The position numbers and the translations under genes are program-made. Below, one piece after another: positions 1 through 7,605 of a DNA stretch of 64,000 nucleotides (its first letter is position 1; every line of letters starts with the position of its first letter). Source of the DNA: a virus (lineage: Duplodnaviria; Caudoviricetes); IMG/VR virus record IMGVR_UViG_3300020050_009513, positions 12,597-76,596 of that record. One strand, given 5' to 3'. The notes under the pieces were generated by a model. That model saw only the letters and a program-made list of their open reading frames with translations, was not told the DNA's origin and did not search any database.

Positions 1-85
1 TCTGCTACGGATTTAGGCTGGACTCATCAGCCAACGCATCACGTTGGGACAGGTACGTTCTGTGCATACCTGTTTCGTCCTGAGA

Positions 86-256
86 CTATCGTGCCAAGAA
101 CTGTGCCCTAGTCATAAGCTGGGACGGATGCAGGGTCTCGCTATAGCCTGCACCTTGCCGCTTGACGTGTAGCATACCCAAGCCAGTACGGTAAAGCAAG
201 CGATAAATCTCAAACCGCATACCACTACGGGTATTAACCATGCGATAATACTTCAC
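86..256 (-). CDS. hypothetical protein (56 aa from GTG; track ORF starts at 283)
   Basis: GAGGAGG SD upstream of GTG at 256; same strand as neighbours. Confidence 0.4.
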   Translation of the reverse strand: MKYYRMVNTRSGMRFEIYRLLYRTGLGMLHVKRQGAGYSETLHPSQLMTRAQFLAR

Positions 257-281
257 AAATCCTCCTCTGTTAAGCTCCAGC

Positions 282-308
282 AAAGGCCCGAGGTGTTACG
301 CTCAGGCC
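282..308 (-). terminator. possible intrinsic terminator
   Basis: GGCCTGAG/CTCGGGCC hairpin followed by only TTT, just downstream of ORF 319-675. Confidence 0.35.
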
Positions 309-318
309 CTCAGGGAAC

Positions 319-675
319 TTAGCCGACCTTGCGGTTAAGAAACTCAGCGATCTGTTCACCAGTGATTCCAGCACGTTGCAGGGCTTCCAGTGCGGCAGTA
401 GCTTTCTGGCGTTCCTTTTCGAGAAGCTTAGCGGCTTGCCGTTGGGCTTTCTCCAGGTCCTTCTGCTTGCTACGGTTACCTTGACGCTCTTGGGCTACCT
501 CGATGCCTTTCAGCAACTCTTCTGCGCTGTTGACAATCAGCTTCGCTACGTCTACGCTGAACATAGCCGTGTGTCCAGTAACGGGGTCAGTGATCTTCAT
601 GTACCCCTTCTCGCTTACGCTTACAGGTCCGTTGGTGTAGTCCCAGTTAGCCTTGGGTTTCATCTGCTCGCTCAT
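319..675 (-). CDS. hypothetical protein with coiled-coil C-terminal half
   Basis: 118-aa ORF with GGAGAG SD; K/E/Q/A-rich helix. Confidence 0.7.
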   Translation of the reverse strand: MSEQMKPKANWDYTNGPVSVSEKGYMKITDPVTGHTAMFSVDVAKLIVNSAEELLKGIEVAQERQGNRSKQKDLEKAQRQAAKLLEKERQKATAALEALQRAGITGEQIAEFLNRKVG

Positions 676-751
676 ACTCTCTCCCTCGTTAGCGCCTACG
701 GTGTAGGCTTGGTTTGTTCGACCGGAAAACCCGACCGATGCAAACCACTAG

Positions 752-767
752 AGCAACCGCCGTGCCA
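752..767 (-). promoter_or_regulatory. sigma54 (-24/-12) promoter
   Basis: minus strand TGGCACGGCGGTTGCT matches TGGCAC-N5-TTGCW exactly; non-coding; faces ORF 319-675. Confidence 0.7.
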
Positions 768-772
768 AGTGC

Positions 773-785
773 TAAGTGGTTGAAA
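773..785 (-). promoter_or_regulatory. IHF-binding-site-like element
   Basis: TTTCAACCACTTA vs WATCAANNNNTTR (1 mismatch), immediately upstream of the -24 box. Confidence 0.5.
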
Positions 786-810
786 TCATTCGGTTCTCGT
801 TTTGGGATTG

Positions 811-827
811 TGTCGATCTTCTCGACA
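811..827. promoter_or_regulatory. palindrome, candidate enhancer-binding-protein site
   Basis: TGTCGA-N5-TCGACA perfect inverted repeat; TGTCGATC recurs near 905. Confidence 0.4.
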
Positions 828-943
828 AAACGACCGTTGACCGATCGATCAAGTCGGCGAAATCACTCGGGTTTGTTGCAAAAGTGTCTAATCGTCAAAA
901 AGTTTGTCGATCAAAATGAGACGGCGTCCGACAATCGCGCCTG

Positions 944-1028
944 CGTGCGTGTGCGCGTGTGCGGGCATGCGTGTGTACGTGCGTGTGCGCGTGTGCGGGC
1001 ATGCGTGTGTACGTGCGTGTGCGCGTGT
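944..1028. repeat. 34-bp tandem repeat (2.5 copies) of alternating purine/pyrimidine
   Basis: CGTGCGTGTGCGCGTGTGCGGGCATGCGTGTGTA at 944-977 and 978-1011, partial at 1012-1028; G-runs follow at 1033-1049. Confidence 0.95.
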
Positions 1029-1172
1029 AGGCGGGTAGGGGGGTAGGGGTTATTTTTTGTAAGAAAGCGGTTAACACTCACCGAGTACACATAAGTGTAT
1101 TTTTAGACTTAATAACCTCCTAGGTCACCGGAATAGGATAGCTTCCGCCCTTCCAAGCATTATGCTCAGGTT

Positions 1173-1424
1173 TTATAAGAGACATGAGGACATAGGCCCG
1201 TCCATTATTGAACGTATCATATCAACAGGCATATACATATGCAGTAATGAGTCGTAAGTCTGACTAATGTGCAATTGTCGGGCAGCATAGGGCACCAGCC
1301 TCTTTCCGTTTCGAATATACACGGTAAGCGTAGGAGACATAGTCCCACCTCGCGTATATTGCTCAATGTCAAGCTTTTCCTTAACTCCATTGACTAGAAC
1401 GGGAATTTTATAGTATTGTTTCAT
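1173..1424 (-). CDS. hypothetical protein, paralog of 1435-1647
   Basis: AAGG SD before ATG 1424; KIPVxVN...DIE...RG...IRNGKRL shared with neighbour. Confidence 0.7.
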   Translation of the reverse strand: MKQYYKIPVLVNGVKEKLDIEQYTRGGTMSPTLTVYIRNGKRLVPYAARQLHISQTYDSLLHMYMPVDMIRSIMDGPMSSCLL

Positions 1425-1434
1425 AGCCGTCCTT

Positions 1435-1647
1435 CTAAAACGTAAATGATCCGTATGCCATTTTAAATCTACCATTCATTGTAACTTTTATATCTAAATC
1501 TCTAACCTCTTGCTTTGTAAGTCTTTTGCCATTTCGAATTACTACATAGTCCCCGAGGCAGTCAAGTTCGCCCCTAGAGTGTTCCTCTATGTCTACATAT
1601 TCTTGTACATCGTTTACAGTCACTGGAATTTTAGTATGGTATTTCAT
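1435..1647 (-). CDS. hypothetical protein, paralog of 1173-1424
   Basis: 70-aa ORF with the shared motifs. Confidence 0.7.
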   Translation of the reverse strand: MKYHTKIPVTVNDVQEYVDIEEHSRGELDCLGDYVVIRNGKRLTKQEVRDLDIKVTMNGRFKMAYGSFTF

Positions 1648-1708
1648 ACACTTAATAATTTAAGCCCGCACCAAATAATGGCCAGGGTTAGTCTTTCTGT
1701 TGCTTCCA

Positions 1709-1897
1709 TTAAACTATCCACGCAATCTTAACACGACCTAGCACCAAAGAGAGAACATAGTCCCGTCCAAGTTTATGTCGGGTAACACCAATTAGAGTAT
1801 CCACACGTTGTCCCTCCCCAAGCCGTTCATACCAACAGGTACCCTTAGGAGCAATGGAAATTCCAATAAGGCCTTTACCTACTTTAATAACTCTCAT
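1709..1897 (-). CDS. hypothetical protein
   Basis: 62-aa ORF in tightly coupled operon. Confidence 0.55.
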   Translation of the reverse strand: MRVIKVGKGLIGISIAPKGTCWYERLGEGQRVDTLIGVTRHKLGRDYVLSLVLGRVKIAWIV

Positions 1898-2025
1898 TAC
1901 TGAGAACCTTTCTTACGTTTATGCAAAGTAGATTTATATACAATCTTATGGGTACTTCCATCGCAATGTGCCGGAGGTTTAGTTAGAACACTCTCGCCAC
2001 AGACAAGACATTTCCCGTCAGACAT
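1897..2025 (-). CDS. small Cys/His (zinc-ribbon-like) protein, 42 aa (below track cutoff)
   Basis: MSDGKCLVCG...HCDGSTHK; start and stop overlap both neighbours (TAATG). Confidence 0.55.
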   Translation of the reverse strand: MSDGKCLVCGESVLTKPPAHCDGSTHKIVYKSTLHKRKKGSQ

Positions 2026-2324
2026 TATTCCTGCCCTTCCAGACGCTCTAGGAGGCGTTGGTTGCCTTCCTGAGGATCTACGGGCCTAGCAGCCTCAATA
2101 AGCGTTCTAATGAGCTCCCAGACGCTTTGGTTGCGGTCATAGCCCTTAAGCTGTGCAAACAATGCTGGGGTGCCCGACCAATTGTCAGCCGCAATCCAGG
2201 CGTCATAGCTGTGCCCGTTTCCATTCTCTCGCGAGAACGACACGTTCGCAGCCATCATCTCACCAATCTTTTTCTTCTGATCTTCATTTCCGAAGGGAAT
2301 CAATTCTACCGTAATACGTAGCAT
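2025..2324 (-). CDS. hypothetical protein
   Basis: 99-aa ORF, coupled. Confidence 0.7.
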   Translation of the reverse strand: MLRITVELIPFGNEDQKKKIGEMMAANVSFSRENGNGHSYDAWIAADNWSGTPALFAQLKGYDRNQSVWELIRTLIEAARPVDPQEGNQRLLERLEGQE

Positions 2325-2325
2325 T

Positions 2326-2640
2326 TTAATAACCTAACTGAGCACATAGCTGTGCTTGTTCTGGGGTTGTAGGGTTAGTGCAGGCTGATGCAAAGTCTGT
2401 AGGATTTATGTTCACTAAACTCATCTTGTCAAAGGTACACTGAGCCACCGCTTGATTATAAAGTTCCTCGCTAGGAAAGTTAGATTCTAAATTAAGTTGT
2501 TTACATAAAGCATTGATTTCAGCGATGAAGCCCATTTCAATCGTGACTCGGCTTTCACCGGAAGCAATGACGTCATACCGCCCTGAGGAGGGGCCGCAGG
2601 AAATAAGAAGTAGAGGTAGAGTTAATAACAAATATTTCAT
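2326..2640 (-). CDS. putative lipoprotein
   Basis: MKYLLLTLPLLLISC signal with lipobox; four further Cys. Confidence 0.7.
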   Translation of the reverse strand: MKYLLLTLPLLLISCGPSSGRYDVIASGESRVTIEMGFIAEINALCKQLNLESNFPSEELYNQAVAQCTFDKMSLVNINPTDFASACTNPTTPEQAQLCAQLGY

Positions 2641-3032
2641 TTAGTTCCTACGATACGTGCACATTTAACTTGATTAATCGGAATGTATAAATTATCCTGA
2701 GTTATAAAAAATCCATCTTTAAAACTCTCCTTTAATTTAAAGAGAGTTAAGTCCTCACTTGTCCATCCAGTGAATACCATATCATCTTGTACCACTGGAT
2801 AACTAGTTGTGAATAATGTTTGATTACTGGTTGTTGTGAGTTCGATTTTGTAAACAGGATTTTTTTCTTGTTCCTTGCCCCAAGCTAAAGCTTTAATAGC
2901 CCTTTCTTGTAACTTGTTATTATCTGTCCGTCGGCTTAGATAGAAACCTACAGAACAAAATGCTATAGACATAGCAACAATAACCCACCAACCAAGATCA
3001 ATCACCGTTTCCATGATCTGCCTCCATATCAA
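2637..3032 (-). CDS. membrane-anchored hypothetical protein
   Basis: N-terminal hydrophobic helix WWVIVAMSIAFCSVGFYL; true start may be internal. Confidence 0.6.
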   Translation of the reverse strand: MIWRQIMETVIDLGWWVIVAMSIAFCSVGFYLSRRTDNNKLQERAIKALAWGKEQEKNPVYKIELTTTSNQTLFTTSYPVVQDDMVFTGWTSEDLTLFKLKESFKDGFFITQDNLYIPINQVKCARIVGTK

Positions 3033-3270
3033 GCATCATTACGTTCAGTCCGATCGTCTCTCTGACCCGGAGTTTTGCTCCTCCTTGCACCAAGCGACGC
3101 TGAATCTCATATGGATTAAAATACACCAGATTGTAGGGAATGTCAATACGTAAATACAAGTCTCCCTTACGAAGCCGGTATTCGTATGCAGCTGAATTTT
3201 GAGACTGAACATAGGTTAATTCAACATCGCGTAAATAATCGGGCTTAAGCTCAACAACATTAGACGGCAT
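2998..3270 (-). CDS. hypothetical protein
   Basis: 90-aa ORF in operon. Confidence 0.6.
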   Translation of the reverse strand: MPSNVVELKPDYLRDVELTYVQSQNSAAYEYRLRKGDLYLRIDIPYNLVYFNPYEIQRRLVQGGAKLRVRETIGLNVMMLDMEADHGNGD

Positions 3271-3511
3271 AACTTAAAGACACCTGTGCTACGCTAAACT
3301 GTTCACCTAGGACTACAATGTATTCTCGATCGTACAGGCTAAGAAGAAAGGCTTGCTTAGAAAGCTCTTCTACCCGATTCAAGGAGCGAGCTTCGGCCAG
3401 AATGCCGGGGTACATACGTGTGGTCAATTCCACACGAACCCTACCGGCAGATGCCATGTTACCTTCCTCAACAATAGTAGCCAACAGATTATTAAGTGTT
3501 TTCAGTGTCAC
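3260..3511 (-). CDS. hypothetical protein
   Basis: 83-aa ORF in operon. Confidence 0.55.
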   Translation of the reverse strand: MTLKTLNNLLATIVEEGNMASAGRVRVELTTRMYPGILAEARSLNRVEELSKQAFLLSLYDREYIVVLGEQFSVAQVSLSYAV

Positions 3512-3734
3512 GCGGACTCTCCAGTTGCGGCGTCTCTACGACGTTAAGATCTTCAATGGTATACTCTTGATCGGCAAAATAGGGCCAAATATATAGCACC
3601 TCTTCGCCTGTGTCTTGGGCGGTAAGAACTAGGTAGGACCCTGTTACGTCTTTCTTTTTGGCAACTTCATGAGAAAGAATATTTCCCGCGGTAATATCAA
3701 ATAGACGATTCGTCGCTCGATGTTTCAAAATCAT
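3492..3734 (-). CDS. hypothetical protein
   Basis: 80-aa ORF, GGAGG SD. Confidence 0.6.
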   Translation of the reverse strand: MILKHRATNRLFDITAGNILSHEVAKKKDVTGSYLVLTAQDTGEEVLYIWPYFADQEYTIEDLNVVETPQLESPRDTENT

Positions 3735-4038
3735 CGGTTACCTCCACGTAGGAATAGAAATTTAAAGCTTCTGCAGAATAGAAGATTTTAGCACGACCTT
3801 CTTCAAATACAAAGTTCCGAAGTTGCATGTAGTCGTGAAACTTTTCATGAGCTGAATTAGTAATTACCTGTTCAATAAGTCGAGTAGTGCGAGTAACACT
3901 GCCGTAGTTATTAAATATATATCCACTGGATTGATTTTCTGAATAGGTGGCTGGCCTGGTAATAGTTTCTTGGGTATCTTCGAATACCTTAGAACGAATA
4001 GTACCGTCTTTCATATGGAAGCTTACTAATAGCTTCAT
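3697..4038 (-). CDS. hypothetical protein
   Basis: 113-aa ORF, GAGGTG SD. Confidence 0.65.
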   Translation of the reverse strand: MKLLVSFHMKDGTIRSKVFEDTQETITRPATYSENQSSGYIFNNYGSVTRTTRLIEQVITNSAHEKFHDYMQLRNFVFEEGRAKIFYSAEALNFYSYVEVTDDFETSSDESSI

Positions 4039-4220
4039 GTCTCACCTCGAATGAGTCCGCCACGTTTCATAATCTCTAGCGTATCTTTGGATTTCTCCTT
4101 GACCTCAGCTTCGATAACATCTAGGCGGAAAAGCATTTCCATAAATGGCATCTCTGGGTAAGCCGTAGCCCACTCTATAAGTGCCCATATGATTTCTTTA
4201 TTAGCTTCTTGATTGGTCAT
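4035..4220 (-). CDS. hypothetical protein (start moved to MTNQE)
   Basis: the longer track ORF overlaps the 4201-4419 gene; internal ATG gives normal packing. Confidence 0.5.
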   Translation of the reverse strand: MTNQEANKEIIWALIEWATAYPEMPFMEMLFRLDVIEAEVKEKSKDTLEIMKRGGLIRGET

Positions 4221-4419
4221 CAGATACATCCGTAGTGCGAATAAGCATTTGAAGAAACTCGTCAGCGGCATTATTAGCGTTTGCAATAAGTTTATCTTCG
4301 GGAGTTCTGCGTACTTGATCGTAGAAAGAAATAGCAATATTGGCTTTCCAACTATCATAATAATCTCGATCGTCTTGTAAGGCTCTTACTAATTGTTCTA
4401 CGGCTTCTTTTGTTGTCAT
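4201..4419 (-). CDS. hypothetical protein
   Basis: GAGGT SD, 72 aa. Confidence 0.65.
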   Translation of the reverse strand: MTTKEAVEQLVRALQDDRDYYDSWKANIAISFYDQVRRTPEDKLIANANNAADEFLQMLIRTTDVSDDQSRS

Positions 4420-4610
4420 GTTACCTCAAAAATATTTTGCCCGGCCACTGCGACACGGGGAAGAGAGGGGAACGCAGTTACTCTTGCGTAAGTAAATGTA
4501 ACAAAGCTAGAATTTTAGTATGAACATCAATAGTCCAGCCTTCTTTTTCTATCTGCTTATTTAGTTTTTTAGCTAAATCTCTAGCTTCCTTCATGTATCC
4601 TCCCTAAAAA

Positions 4611-4783
4611 GGTGAAGAGGACCTGCGCTACTAGGTCTCCTGCTATACTGACGGCTACTGCACCTTTACGTGGTAGTTCCGAATTTCCGCAGGCCTCGCC
4701 AGGCGTGTCTCCAGTGGAACCCAGTTCCAGGTTCAAGAGGGCGTTTATACGCGCCCATCCACAGCTTTCCACGCTGCTCTTCT
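4611..4783 (-). ncRNA. unnamed structured RNA, copy A
   Basis: closing stem GAAGAG/CUCUUC; GCGUG/CACGC helix with CUGGAGA; GACCU-AGUAGCGC-AGGUC hairpin; homologous to 27179-27393 with compensatory changes. Confidence 0.7.
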
Positions 4784-4791
4784 TATAATTT

Positions 4792-4831
4792 AAAAATAAA
4801 AGAGATGGACGGGTACGATTCCGTCCTTCTC
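4792..4831 (-). terminator. intrinsic terminator
   Basis: GAGAAGGACGG/CCGUCCAUCUC stem followed by UUUUAUUUUU, right after the stop of 4846-5007. Confidence 0.75.
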
Positions 4832-4845
4832 ATCTAAAAGTTTCA

Positions 4846-5007
4846 TTAGCATACCTTAGCTTGATGCAGTCGAATAAGTGACATAACCAAACTTTCAATC
4901 GTCAGCGCGTGATCACGCAGTTTCTCAGAGTCGAACTTATCCTTGCCTTCGATAGTCTGCATTTTTTCCAAAATGCGTTCGATCTCTTTTTTAATCTTCG
5001 TATCCAT
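4846..5007 (-). CDS. small helical hypothetical protein
   Basis: AAGGAG SD before ATG 5007. Confidence 0.65.
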   Translation of the reverse strand: MDTKIKKEIERILEKMQTIEGKDKFDSEKLRDHALTIESLVMSLIRLHQAKVC

Positions 5008-5088
5008 CTTTATCTCCTTTGGAGGGAACAACCCTCACTTGGTTTATGTGGCCACTTTTGTATTCGGTATTGCCGCTTTTCATAAATA

Positions 5089-5117
5089 ACTATATCAAAC
5101 TTTATTCATCTAGTCAA
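5089..5117 (-). promoter_or_regulatory. sigma70-type promoter
   Basis: TTGACT-17-TATAGT. Confidence 0.8.
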
Positions 5118-5880
5118 GATACTTTTTTGCTACTGCAATAAGCGGCTCAGCAAAAGGAGGATCAAAGCTTCGACGCTGATCAAAAATATAACGAAGAGCA
5201 CCGGCATAATCCATACTCTTATAGATACGCCCTGCTAACCAACTAAACGGAGTAGTCATAGTCCTAACACCAGCTACGATATCACACAGGAGCATTGTAT
5301 GTGCGTCAGTGCGGCTACCATCTGTCTTAATATCTTTACGATCAGTATATGCAGTAAGCGCTAAATCCACCAATAAAAAGACATCGAGTACTACAAGTAG
5401 TGGGTAGAGAAGCTTATTTTTAGTAGTGCGGATGTACATAGTAATTTGAGACGGGATGACATTGTCCGGAATCTTCCACTTCCACCCGTCTTGACCGGGT
5501 TTCACATAGTTAGGACGTACGTTGTTGTGCCACCCCAGTCGTTTTGCTAGATTACCCATGATTCGCTTTGAGGTAGCCACGTCGTCCATTGCGTAGGCTG
5601 CAGCGAGCAGCATGCGAGTCTGGTCCCGAGAGAAATTGTCAGGACGACTATACCAACGGGAGGGGTCCGGATGGCGTCTGGGGAGTTGGTTCTCGGGAAT
5701 ATATTGAGAAATACCGTGGGAATAGTAGCTATCTACGTCATCTTCCCATTCAGTTTCCGGTTGATCTAGCAGTTTTTTAACAAAAATATAGCTACCAAAA
5801 CGGTGAGCACTGTCTCCACCGTCTCCGCCACAGTCAAGTCGCTGTACAATAAGGCGCCATTGATCTAAAAAATTTTTCAT
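5110..5880 (-). CDS. conserved phage hypothetical protein, mostly helical, possible enzyme
   Basis: 256 aa; DGGDS, RRHP and SRDQ motifs; function not recognised. Confidence 0.7.
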   Translation of the reverse strand: MKNFLDQWRLIVQRLDCGGDGGDSAHRFGSYIFVKKLLDQPETEWEDDVDSYYSHGISQYIPENQLPRRHPDPSRWYSRPDNFSRDQTRMLLAAAYAMDDVATSKRIMGNLAKRLGWHNNVRPNYVKPGQDGWKWKIPDNVIPSQITMYIRTTKNKLLYPLLVVLDVFLLVDLALTAYTDRKDIKTDGSRTDAHTMLLCDIVAGVRTMTTPFSWLAGRIYKSMDYAGALRYIFDQRRSFDPPFAEPLIAVAKKYLD

Positions 5881-5883
5881 AGC

Positions 5884-6312
5884 CTACGCAGCCTCAATTG
5901 TAATCGGAGTGCTGTGGCTAGCAAGGAAAATATGTACCAATTGCTCCGATGTAATCACAGTTTTCCTCTTGCCGCTGATAAAATTTGTTAAAATAATACG
6001 ACCTGAGGGTGTCATGTAGGCAAAAACCACGTGAGCAACGCCTGGCTCTAAAGAAAACGCAATAAAACAACAGCCACGAGAGTACAAAAGGTTCAAAGCT
6101 TCCGATCCGTCGTCTCCAAGGTACAAAGCACGCCCTGGATTTAGTGTATCTATGAAATTTCCAAAGGTTTCCATGGTACTTCCACGCTTATTTGTCAATA
6201 AGGCGTAGCGCAGCAGTGGAATATCCTTAGAATTCCAAGATTGGCCTGCCCAGCGCATGAAATTAATGATGGCTACGGGACCGCAGTCGAACTTTGTAGT
6301 CTGGCTGATCAT
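5884..6312 (-). CDS. papain-like cysteine peptidase (C39-like)
   Basis: Q-x4-DCGP catalytic motif and downstream HVV. Confidence 0.7.
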   Translation of the reverse strand: MISQTTKFDCGPVAIINFMRWAGQSWNSKDIPLLRYALLTNKRGSTMETFGNFIDTLNPGRALYLGDDGSEALNLLYSRGCCFIAFSLEPGVAHVVFAYMTPSGRIILTNFISGKRKTVITSEQLVHIFLASHSTPITIEAA

Positions 6313-6668
6313 TAGAAACTCCGGATGTCGGCTTTTTCGAGGTATTCGGTAGGAATTTTGTGGTTATACAGATAAGCTTGTACATTATCAATACGATGTC
6401 CAGTGTCACGTTCAAATACAGTGATAGGAGTGCGTGTATACATAGTGGGATGCCCTTCAAGACGATCAAGACGCTTGAGAATATCGCTGTCGATGCGGTA
6501 TAGCTCACCTACCACCCCCGCACCTTTGATTTTTTGCATGAAAGGAAGGCCTGCTACGTTTAAACTATATTCATTTGTCGTGTGAGCCACGCCTAGATAC
6601 ATAGCTCCGTCTAGAAAATGATGATTACCCTTACCTTTACGAAGGGTGCCGTACGTAAACACAATCAT
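6312..6668 (-). CDS. gamma-glutamylcyclotransferase (AIG2-like)
   Basis: VFTYGTLR, VVGELY and LDRLEG motifs. Confidence 0.9.
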   Translation of the reverse strand: MIVFTYGTLRKGKGNHHFLDGAMYLGVAHTTNEYSLNVAGLPFMQKIKGAGVVGELYRIDSDILKRLDRLEGHPTMYTRTPITVFERDTGHRIDNVQAYLYNHKIPTEYLEKADIRSF

Positions 6669-6681
6669 ATAAGCTCCTTAA

Positions 6682-7605
6682 TTAAAGATGACCTAGATCT
6701 ACTTGATCTGTAATAGCTTTCCAGGACTTTTTTGTTTTTACGTATCTAATTTGAGTTTTAGATACTCCGTATTTAGTAGAAAGCTCTGACATACTTGCTG
6801 TTTTGTCTTTATAAATTTCTACTACCTGAGTTTTATTCAATTTAGCCATACCATTAGCTAAATTAATTTGAGTAGATTTTCGAGCTTTTCTTACCTTACG
6901 ATTTGAGTTTTCTTTAGCAGTACACCATTCCAAATTTGATAAATTATTGTTATTTCTTTTTCCATCAATATGATTAACCATAGGTTTATTTTCAGGATTA
7001 GGAATAAACGCTTCTGCTACTAGTCTGTGTACCTGCTTTTTTTGACCTTTTCTATTTTTACTTTTAAGTTGAACCATTGGGTAGCCTGTTTGCAAATCTT
7101 GGTCTTTAATTTGGTAGCTTCCGTCATTACAAATACGACGTACTCGACCATAACTACTTACTTCATACTCACCTTCATAACCTACTACATATTTCCAGTC
7201 CTCTCCACTAAGCGTATCATGAAAATACAAATGCTGCCCTAGTACTTTGTCGGCAGGCAAATCATCATAAAAAGCGGTAAGCTTATTCATAATAAGATCC
7301 ACATTAGACTCGATACCAAGTACCTTAACTACCTCACTTGCCCAACTACCGCCTGCGGCACTCCACACAATAACTTTAAATCCGCGATGTTTATATGTTT
7401 TAAGTAAAAATAAATGATATTTATGTGGGGTTAAGTATACTGATTCGCCGTTTCCAGGTACAATAAATCTAATTTTTCCTGGACCAGGAGCTCTCGCGTC
7501 GTCATCCCATTTGACCAATGTTTGGTCAACATCAAAAGCAATAGTAGGAATATCACCAAAAAAAGAAGGATTTGTAAAGTCATGAATTTTCATAATGCTA
7601 CTCAT
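6682..7605 (-). CDS. HAD-superfamily phosphatase fused to NUMOD4-HNH homing endonuclease
   Basis: FDVDQTL, WSAAG and YDD; then WKYVVGYEGEYEVSSYGRVR and VHRLVA...NHIDG...NLEW. Confidence 0.85.
   Translation of the reverse strand: MSSIMKIHDFTNPSFFGDIPTIAFDVDQTLVKWDDDARAPGPGKIRFIVPGNGESVYLTPHKYHLFLLKTYKHRGFKVIVWSAAGGSWASEVVKVLGIESNVDLIMNKLTAFYDDLPADKVLGQHLYFHDTLSGEDWKYVVGYEGEYEVSSYGRVRRICNDGSYQIKDQDLQTGYPMVQLKSKNRKGQKKQVHRLVAEAFIPNPENKPMVNHIDGKRNNNNLSNLEWCTAKENSNRKVRKARKSTQINLANGMAKLNKTQVVEIYKDKTASMSELSTKYGVSKTQIRYVKTKKSWKAITDQVDLGHL

Noticed and set aside
91-107. 13-mer GGCACAGTTCTTG identical to the 48.25-kb sigma54 site
   Set aside because: The -12 element reads TTGG rather than TTGC and the site lies inside an ORF; at best degenerate
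944-1028. Tandem repeat as a CRISPR array
   Set aside because: Units are contiguous with no spacers, and no cas genes are present
714-1077. ORFs 714-1046 (+) and 895-1077 (-)
   Set aside because: Their RV/HT repeats are just translations of the RY tandem repeat; the region carries regulatory motifs
4581-4772. Track ORF of 63 aa
   Set aside because: Overlaps ncRNA copy A, has no SD and an atypical composition
4802-4831. tRNA T-arm-like GGGTACGATTCC on the plus strand
   Set aside because: No acceptor, D or anticodon arms; explained as the minus-strand terminator hairpin
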